Shown here one piece after another: positions 31,581 through 36,829 of a stretch of DNA of 36,829 bases. The notes beneath the pieces are model-generated. The model made no database searches. It saw only the letters and a program-made list of their open reading frames with translations, and was not told where the DNA came from. This stretch comes from Nocardioidaceae bacterium (GTDB lineage: Bacteria; Actinomycetota; Actinomycetes; Propionibacteriales; Nocardioidaceae). The DNA lies in contig JALDXR010000001.1 in the NCBI GenBank assembly GCA_032154865.1, forward strand, positions 1-36,829, read 5' to 3'. Position numbers and translations under genes: made by a program. The first letter of the stretch is position 1; every line of letters starts with the position of its first letter.

Positions 31581-31822
31581 TGGCCCGCTACCTGCGCACC
31601 ACGATCTCACGTGTCACCGGGCGACCGGTGACCGTGGGCCACGGCGCCGATCTCGGTCTCGACTTCGAGGGCGAGGGCCCGTGGTACACCATCTGTGACG
31701 ATCACGCTCAGCTGTGCTCGCACACCACCCTGGCCGACGCACGTGGGTGGGCCGCCGAACCGACGATGTGGTGCGAAGCCTGCCAGTCCGAGCACCCGCT
31801 CAAGCTCCGAAAGGACGCATGA
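31580..31822 (+). CDS. hypothetical protein
   Basis: TGATG overlap at the start. 80 aa with C..C...C..C. Confidence 0.6.
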   Translation: MARYLRTTISRVTGRPVTVGHGADLGLDFEGEGPWYTICDDHAQLCSHTTLADARGWAAEPTMWCEACQSEHPLKLRKDA

Positions 31823-32145
31823 CCATGGGCAATCTCAATGCCGCTGCGATGGCTGAGGCCGTCGGCGAGGGCCAGGTCGGACTCCGGCCGGCGCTCGTTT
31901 GGCACCTCCAGTCCAACCACTACCCGCCGGTGCCGACCTCGATGGTCGACGCCTGTATCGCCGCCATCGAGGCGGCCGCCGATGATGACTGGGACCTCGA
32001 CATCGAGCTGCCCGACAGCGTCACCTACCGCGACCAGTCGACAGCTCCGGCGTCGGCGATCGTCGCCAACTACCACCTGGAGTTCTTCGTCGAGAACCAG
32101 TTGGTCATCAACGAAGCAACCGAGTTCGAGACCGAGGAGTCATGA
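31819..32145 (+). CDS. hypothetical protein
   Basis: ATGA overlap at the start. 108 aa. Confidence 0.6.
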   Translation: MTMGNLNAAAMAEAVGEGQVGLRPALVWHLQSNHYPPVPTSMVDACIAAIEAAADDDWDLDIELPDSVTYRDQSTAPASAIVANYHLEFFVENQLVINEATEFETEES

Positions 32146-32510
32146 GCATCCACCCAGCCCAACACCCCCGCTTCGCCCAGGCGATGTGGTACGCCTGGGG
32201 CCAGCAGGACGCCGGCATCGGCCGTCATGTCGACGCCCCCGAGTTCGCCCTGGCGCACGCCACGCACGCCGTGCGCGTCGACGAGGGCCAGGACAACTGG
32301 CTGCCGTCGATCCAGGACGCCTGGAAGACGTTCATCGCCTCTCGTCAGACCATGTCGGCGCTCTCCGAGCCCGAGATCGGCACGATCCAGAAGCGTCTCT
32401 CATCGGCGATGAACGAACTCGACGCCTGCGGCCAGGGCGACCTGGCGAACCGGGTGCACGACATCTTCAAGGAAGTCGCCCGCCGCACGTTCGGGGAGGT
32501 GCCGGCATGA
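32142..32510 (+). CDS. hypothetical protein
   Basis: ATGA overlap at the start. 122 aa. Confidence 0.65.
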   Translation: MSIHPAQHPRFAQAMWYAWGQQDAGIGRHVDAPEFALAHATHAVRVDEGQDNWLPSIQDAWKTFIASRQTMSALSEPEIGTIQKRLSSAMNELDACGQGDLANRVHDIFKEVARRTFGEVPA

Positions 32511-32851
32511 ACACCGCCGTTGATCAAGCGATCGACTGGGTGCGGGACAACATGCCCATCGAGTCGGGCGCGGCGATCGAGCAGTTCGTCAAGCGCAACC
32601 CGCACTACGCCGGCGCCAACTGGGACGACGTCCTGGAGATCCTCCTCGACGCCGACGCCGACCTCACTTGGACCGAGCCGCTGCACGAGGTCGACGAGAC
32701 CTTCCCGGCCAACGTCCTGGAGTCCGCCGTCACCACCACCTTCGCCTGGGCCATCGAGGCCTTCATCGAGGAGCTGGCGCCGATCGAGCGCATCTCCTCG
32801 GTGCGGACGACCATCAACCTCATCAACGAAGACAAGGAACAACAGCAATGA
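32507..32851 (+). CDS. hypothetical acidic protein
   Basis: ATGA overlap at the start. 114 aa. The track ORF region 31838-32506 is out-of-frame Arg/Pro/Ser-rich sequence. Confidence 0.65.
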   Translation: MNTAVDQAIDWVRDNMPIESGAAIEQFVKRNPHYAGANWDDVLEILLDADADLTWTEPLHEVDETFPANVLESAVTTTFAWAIEAFIEELAPIERISSVRTTINLINEDKEQQQ

Positions 32852-33051
32852 CCGCGAATCGACACAGCGAGATCACCCGCACCATCGAAGCCGACAAGGA
32901 GGGACTCATCGAGCACCTCCGCGAGGCGCTCGGCCGCCACGAGCACACCCACCTCCGGTCGCCGAGCGAGGCCTGGGCCGCCGGCTGGAACCGAGGTCTG
33001 GAGTTCGCCATCGGCGTGCTCGAAGACTGGGACGGCAAGGTGCCGTCATGA
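32848..33051 (+). CDS. hypothetical small protein
   Basis: ATGA overlap at the start. 67 aa. Confidence 0.6.
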   Translation: MTANRHSEITRTIEADKEGLIEHLREALGRHEHTHLRSPSEAWAAGWNRGLEFAIGVLEDWDGKVPS

Positions 33052-33425
33052 GAGGCTCCGTCGAGTTCAGCACCAACGTCACGGTCGATGATCGTGACCC
33101 TGTGGTGCTCACCAATCAGGATCACTTCTCCCATCGCGGCAAGCCGTTCCGTACGGAGCAATGGCGAGCCGTCGGTAACACCTACGGTGACGACATCGGC
33201 ACGTGGTCGTGGTATCGCTCCGGCAAGATCCTCAAGAACGACGGCACGCCGCGTGCGGACGGGGCCGGCGCTACGTCGTACGTCAAGTTCGACGACGTCC
33301 CCGGCTACGTCCTGCGGGCGGTGCTGAAGGAGATCGAGCGGCGCGCCCGGGCGGCGCATGCCGAGATCGATCACTGGGTCCAGAGGGCTCGCGATCAGGT
33401 TACCGCGGTGGAGGCACCGGCATGA
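33048..33425 (+). CDS. hypothetical protein
   Basis: ATGA overlap at the start. 125 aa. Confidence 0.65.
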   Translation: MRGSVEFSTNVTVDDRDPVVLTNQDHFSHRGKPFRTEQWRAVGNTYGDDIGTWSWYRSGKILKNDGTPRADGAGATSYVKFDDVPGYVLRAVLKEIERRARAAHAEIDHWVQRARDQVTAVEAPA

Positions 33426-33658
33426 GTCAGCATCGTTGTCACTGCCGGCAGCCGGCGACGTGGACCGCCCGCGTCGTGCCGGCGCGGGAGGTCGTCCTCG
33501 TCGAGGGCCACCTGCCCGAGTACGTCCTGGCTCCCTCGTCGGTCGACACCTGGGCGGCGTGTGATGAGCACGTCGCCGAGGCGATGCGCAACCTCGTCGA
33601 GCGCAACGACATGGCCGGCGCTCAGCTCGTGCTCCGTCGAGAGGGCGAGGAGGACTGA
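33422..33658 (+). CDS. hypothetical small protein
   Basis: ATGA overlap at the start. 78 aa. Confidence 0.6.
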   Translation: MSQHRCHCRQPATWTARVVPAREVVLVEGHLPEYVLAPSSVDTWAACDEHVAEAMRNLVERNDMAGAQLVLRREGEED

Positions 33659-33963
33659 TGCGGTTCCTGATCTGTCCGGTGTGCGGCGAGGAGTGGGATC
33701 TCGACGACCTCCACGCAGAGGTCGCTGAGAGCGCCCACAAGGGCCTCAGGCGGCCATTCAGCGCCGTTGTGCGTGAGTTCCAGCGGCAGGGCTGTGGCGT
33801 CGCTCTGGAGGCCTTCACGGGCCCTCTGGCGTGCCGCCCGAGCACCGACCCGGACACCGTCGAGCTGGCCGAGATGGCGAAGATGACCTACGAGCTGCTC
33901 GGCGCCGACATCGACGGGTGCATCAACGAGATCGAGGACTACCGGCTCGTGCACGGGCTCTGA
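33658..33963 (+). CDS. hypothetical protein with N-terminal CPVC motif
   Basis: TGATG overlap at the start. 101 aa. Confidence 0.65.
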   Translation: MRFLICPVCGEEWDLDDLHAEVAESAHKGLRRPFSAVVREFQRQGCGVALEAFTGPLACRPSTDPDTVELAEMAKMTYELLGADIDGCINEIEDYRLVHGL

Positions 33964-33970
33964 GGAACTT

Positions 33971-34016
33971 GCACAACGACGTTGTGCTTCATCGACGATG
34001 ACGTAGACTTCCCGCC
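33971..34016 (+). promoter_or_regulatory. promoter cassette P4 (leaderless): TTGTGC-N16-TAGACT-N7-ATG, with the 17-bp palindrome
   Basis: The palindrome GCACAACGACGTTGTGC at 33971-33987 is identical to 27493-27509. -35 at 33982-33987, -10 at 34004-34009, ATGAGCAC at 34017. Confidence 0.7.
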
Positions 34017-34826
34017 ATGAGCACAACAGCCACCTCGAAGCAGCTCGGCTTCCTCGGTTCCCTCCTCCGGGAGCGGGCCCGCCAGCTGCATATCACCGAT
34101 GTCGAGGCCGCCATCACCGCACTCACCGAGCAGCGGATCACGATGGACGGCGCCTCGGCGACGATCAACCACCTCCTCACGCTGAAGACCGACGCCGTCG
34201 TCTTCCCCGCTGCGCCGGTCCAGGGCGACCCCCGCGGCAACCTGCCGAAGAACCGCTACAGCGGCCGTTGCGTCCTGTGCAACGCGAACGTCGCCGAGGG
34301 CGCCGGCACCTACCGCCGCGGCGACCGCGGCTGGGAGACGCTGCACCTGCCCGGTCAGTGCGCCGGCCCGGCCCTGACCTCGGACAAGCCGAAGCAGACC
34401 TTCGGCGAGCGCGTCACCGAGATCCTCGGCGACCTGCCCGACGGCTGGTACGCCGTCGAGGCCGTCGGCGAGAGCACCAACGACCTCACCTTCGTCCGGT
34501 TCGCCACGAACAAGGGCGTGTACGACGCCTCGAAGAAGGGTCAGCGCTACGTCCGCCACATCGTCGGCGGGCACGGCGAGCAGGGCAACGTCACCATCGC
34601 CTGGATCGAGAAGGTGGCCGCCGCCGTGCGTGCCGCCGGGACCGACGAGTCGGCGATCCTGTTCGGTCAGCGGATGGGCCAGTGCGGGTTCTGCCACACC
34701 GAGCTGACTCGTAAGTACAGCGCCGACAAAGGCTACGGCCCGACGTGCGCAGACAAGCACGGGCTTCCCTTCGACTACACCGCCTATGCGGCGAGCCAGA
34801 AGATCTCGGACGCGAAGGGTGAGTGA
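34017..34826 (+). CDS. hypothetical protein, first gene of operon 4 (MST...), with C-terminal DUF6011-like Cys motif
   Basis: CGFCHTELTRKYSADKGYGPTCADKHG fits my recollection of the CxxC...LT...S...G(I/Y)GPxC pattern. An extra CVLC...C lies mid-protein. 269 aa. Confidence 0.7.
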   Translation: MSTTATSKQLGFLGSLLRERARQLHITDVEAAITALTEQRITMDGASATINHLLTLKTDAVVFPAAPVQGDPRGNLPKNRYSGRCVLCNANVAEGAGTYRRGDRGWETLHLPGQCAGPALTSDKPKQTFGERVTEILGDLPDGWYAVEAVGESTNDLTFVRFATNKGVYDASKKGQRYVRHIVGGHGEQGNVTIAWIEKVAAAVRAAGTDESAILFGQRMGQCGFCHTELTRKYSADKGYGPTCADKHGLPFDYTAYAASQKISDAKGE

Positions 34827-34827
34827 G

Positions 34828-35076
34828 ATGGACAGGCATCTCGTCGTCCGCAGCCGGAACCCCTGGGTCGGTGTGAGCAAGTCTCACGCCGCCCAGGCCG
34901 GTACCGGCGCTCCTCCGCGCAACGCTCCCGCCGGCTACGCCAACGACGTCGAGTACACGTCGTTGTGCGGCCGCCGGCATTTCATCGCCACGACCGGCAC
35001 CTTCGAGGAGCTGGCGGAGTGGGAACAGTGCGGCCGGTGTGCCGCGATCATCGAACGAAAGGAACAACAGTCATGA
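34828..35076 (+). CDS. hypothetical small protein
   Basis: ATG lies 1 nt after the upstream stop and is preceded by AAGGGTGAGTGAG. 82 aa, with C...CGRC at the C-terminus. Confidence 0.55.
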   Translation: MDRHLVVRSRNPWVGVSKSHAAQAGTGAPPRNAPAGYANDVEYTSLCGRRHFIATTGTFEELAEWEQCGRCAAIIERKEQQS

Positions 35077-35417
35077 CCACGTCCATCCTCGTGGGCCCGG
35101 ACGACACCGGTCGGGACATCGTGCCCGAGCAGCTGCTCGCCCAGATCGGCATCGGCAACCTGATGGCCGTCTCCGGCGGCCGCTGGATCCGCTACGGGTT
35201 CAGCTCGGTCCGGTTCCCCTGCGGCGCCGGCTACGAGGTCCTCGTGACCCTGGAGGCCGACGACACCTACACCGTGCGGCGGATCTTCAGCCGCAGCGGT
35301 ACGTGGTTCCTCCACGGCGAGCGCACCAACGTCTACAACGACGCTGTCTCCGAGGTCGTCTACTTCGCGTCTTGTTTCCGTAGTTACGAGCCCGGCGAGT
35401 GGGAGCACAAGGCATGA
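35073..35417 (+). CDS. hypothetical protein
   Basis: ATGA overlap at the start. 114 aa. Confidence 0.65.
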   Translation: MTTSILVGPDDTGRDIVPEQLLAQIGIGNLMAVSGGRWIRYGFSSVRFPCGAGYEVLVTLEADDTYTVRRIFSRSGTWFLHGERTNVYNDAVSEVVYFASCFRSYEPGEWEHKA

Positions 35418-35578
35418 TCTGCAAGCACTGCGCCTGGACCCACGATCACGTGCACTGCACTTGTAGCCGGTTCTTCCGCGGCGTGCAGGTGCACGAGGTC
35501 CAGGCGCTCGATCCGAACTGCCCGCAGCACGGCATCGGCACCGACTGGTACCGGCGAGAGGTCGAGCTGGAGAGCTGA
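35414..35578 (+). CDS. 54-aa Cys/His-rich protein (below the ORF-track cutoff)
   Basis: ATGA overlap at 35414. Translation is MICKHCAWTHDHVHCTCSRFF...NCPQHG...ELES, ending at TGA 35576-35578. High GC3. Confidence 0.5.
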   Translation: MICKHCAWTHDHVHCTCSRFFRGVQVHEVQALDPNCPQHGIGTDWYRREVELES

Positions 35579-35599
35579 AGTGCAGTGTCGTTGCACTTC
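35577..35599 (+). terminator. 8-bp stem hairpin GAAGTGCA-gtgtcgt-TGCACTTC followed by TTGG
   Basis: Exact inverted repeat that starts in the stop codon of the last operon-4 ORF. Confidence 0.55.
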
Positions 35600-35635
35600 T
35601 TGGCTGCCGTTCACCCCTGCGTAACCCGATCTTCA

Positions 35636-35671
35636 TTGACGCTGGACTTCCTGGCGTGTTGACTGGGCCTC
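35636..35671 (+). promoter_or_regulatory. degenerate sixth cassette: TTGACG-N17-TTGACT-N7-GTG
   Basis: It has the same N17/N7 geometry as P1-P5. However, the -10 position 2 is T rather than A, and the start codon is GTG. Confidence 0.3.
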
Positions 35672-35854
35672 GTGACTGCTCCTCTCGACGACGTCGCGGT
35701 GCACCGGGTGCCGTGCTCGGACTGCGGTCGCACGCGCCTGCTCGGCATCGAGCGCACCGTTCTGGCCATCGTGCCGGCGCCCGGTCCGCACCGCAATGAA
35801 CTCATCGTCGATGTGATCGTGACCGTGCTCGACGGCTGCGGGGACTGCACCTGA
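35672..35854 (+). CDS. 60-aa zinc-ribbon protein
   Basis: CSDCG ... CGDC pairs. GTG start with no SD. Confidence 0.45.
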   Translation: MTAPLDDVAVHRVPCSDCGRTRLLGIERTVLAIVPAPGPHRNELIVDVIVTVLDGCGDCT

Positions 35855-35873
35855 GAAATCCCGCTCAGCGGCG

Positions 35874-35908
35874 TTGCGTTCATCAACGGTGTGCGTAGAC
35901 TTCCCCCC
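35874..35908 (+). promoter_or_regulatory. promoter cassette P5 (leaderless): TTGCGT-N16-TAGACT-N7-ATG
   Basis: -35 at 35874-35879, -10 at 35896-35901, ATGAGCAC at 35909. GTAGACTTCCC is identical to P4. Confidence 0.7.
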
Positions 35909-36829
35909 ATGAGCACGACCAATGAACTCCGGGCGCTCCTCGGCGATCTCGCCGACCTGGCGCTCCCGCACCTGCAGGGCCGCCTGGTCCCGATCCACAA
36001 GGGCCGCACGACCCTCTCCAAGGCGCACGACGCCGACCTGGGCGACTTCTTCCTCGCCTCGACGATGTACCCCTATCAGCGGGCCGGCGCGGCGTTTGTC
36101 GCCGAGGTCCGCCGGGCGCTCATCGCCTACGACATGGGCCTGGGCAAGACCATCACGGCGATCGGCTCGGTCGTCCGCGAGGAGCTGTTCCCCGCCGTCG
36201 TGATCTGCCCGCCGAGCCTCGTGCTCAACTGGCGCAACGAGTTCGCCAAGTTCACCCCCGGTGTGCGCACCCACGTGATCCGCGGCCAGGAGATCACCGA
36301 CCTGCCCGACGCCGATGTCTACATCGTCGGTGACGCCATCATCGGCGAGCGCAAGGAGACCAAGAAGCTGGCGGCGACCCCGGGCTGGGCTGCGAAGCTC
36401 GCCGAGCTGGGTCCCCGGGCGCTCGTGATCGACGAGTCGCACCGGATGAAGAACCGCAAGGCGGCCCGCACCATCGCCGCCCGGGCGATCGCCCGCAAGG
36501 TCGACGACAAGGGCATCGTGGCGCTGCTGTCCGGCACGCCGATGCGCTCGAACCCGGCCGAGCTGCTGGAGCAGTTCCAGGTGATGGGCGTCGTCGAGCA
36601 GATCTGGGGTTCCCCCTTCGCCTTCCTCGACCGGTTCTACCCGAAGGTCGACCAGTGGGGCGGCCGTGAGGCGGACAACCTGGGCGAGCTGCACGCCGAG
36701 ATGGTCGACACCGTCGTTGCTCGGCTCACCTTCGCCGACGTCAGCTACCAGCTCGGCGAGGCGGCGCCCAAGGGCCGTCTGCGGGTCCCCGTCGCCACGC
36801 CGCTCACCGGCACCGCGGCGACGAAGTAC
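35909..36829 (+). CDS. SNF2-family helicase (copy 2), 5' partial, runs off the window end
   Basis: I translated this by hand; it is absent from the track because no stop is reached. MSTTNELRALLG..., YPYQRAGAAF, motif I DMGLGKT, motif II VIDESHRMKN, motif III LSGTPMRSNPAEL. 307 codons remain open to base 36829. Confidence 0.9.
   Translation, partial: MSTTNELRALLGDLADLALPHLQGRLVPIHKGRTTLSKAHDADLGDFFLASTMYPYQRAGAAFVAEVRRALIAYDMGLGKTITAIGSVVREELFPAVVICPPSLVLNWRNEFAKFTPGVRTHVIRGQEITDLPDADVYIVGDAIIGERKETKKLAATPGWAAKLAELGPRALVIDESHRMKNRKAARTIAARAIARKVDDKGIVALLSGTPMRSNPAELLEQFQVMGVVEQIWGSPFAFLDRFYPKVDQWGGREADNLGELHAEMVDTVVARLTFADVSYQLGEAAPKGRLRVPVATPLTGTAATKY

Overview
GC-rich, tightly packed DNA in which every confident gene is on the + strand, with many ATGA/GTGA/TGATG stop-start overlaps. 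It reads as the non-structural arm of a lytic tailed dsDNA phage of an actinobacterial host. That host call is an inference from WhiB, TANNNT-type promoters, apparently leaderless genes and strong GC3 codon bias. No integrase, tRNA, CRISPR array or transposase was seen.

Gene order:
- 1-906: the end of a virion-type protein and a membrane protein.
- 0.9-17 kb: replication and recombination module. It holds a winged-helix protein whose 3' end carries three 22-bp iterons, DnaB-like helicase, DnaG-like primase, SNF2 helicase 1, an SSB-like protein, family-A DNA polymerase, RecA-like ATPase, an Hjc-like nuclease, WhiB, a Cas4-like exonuclease and a RuvC-like resolvase.
- 17.1-18.7 kb: a SpoVS-like protein and small orphans, including a hyper-acidic 63-aa protein.
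- 18.7-21.2 kb: lysis cassette (zinc-peptidase endolysin with a PG-binding domain, two holin-like proteins) followed by a membrane-anchored collagen-like protein.
- 21.2-25.2 kb: orphan genes.
- 25.2-26.1 kb: a sparsely coding boundary with a 14-bp convergent hairpin and the only plausible minus-strand ORF.
- 26.1-36.8 kb: an accessory region of about 30 small ORFs, an HNH endonuclease and a second SNF2 helicase.

The most striking signal is in that accessory region. Five near-identical promoter cassettes (TTGnnn-N16/17-TAGnnT-N7-ATGAGCAC) split it into operons. Each appears to drive a leaderless first gene starting MST, and two carry an identical 17-bp perfect palindrome over the -35 element.
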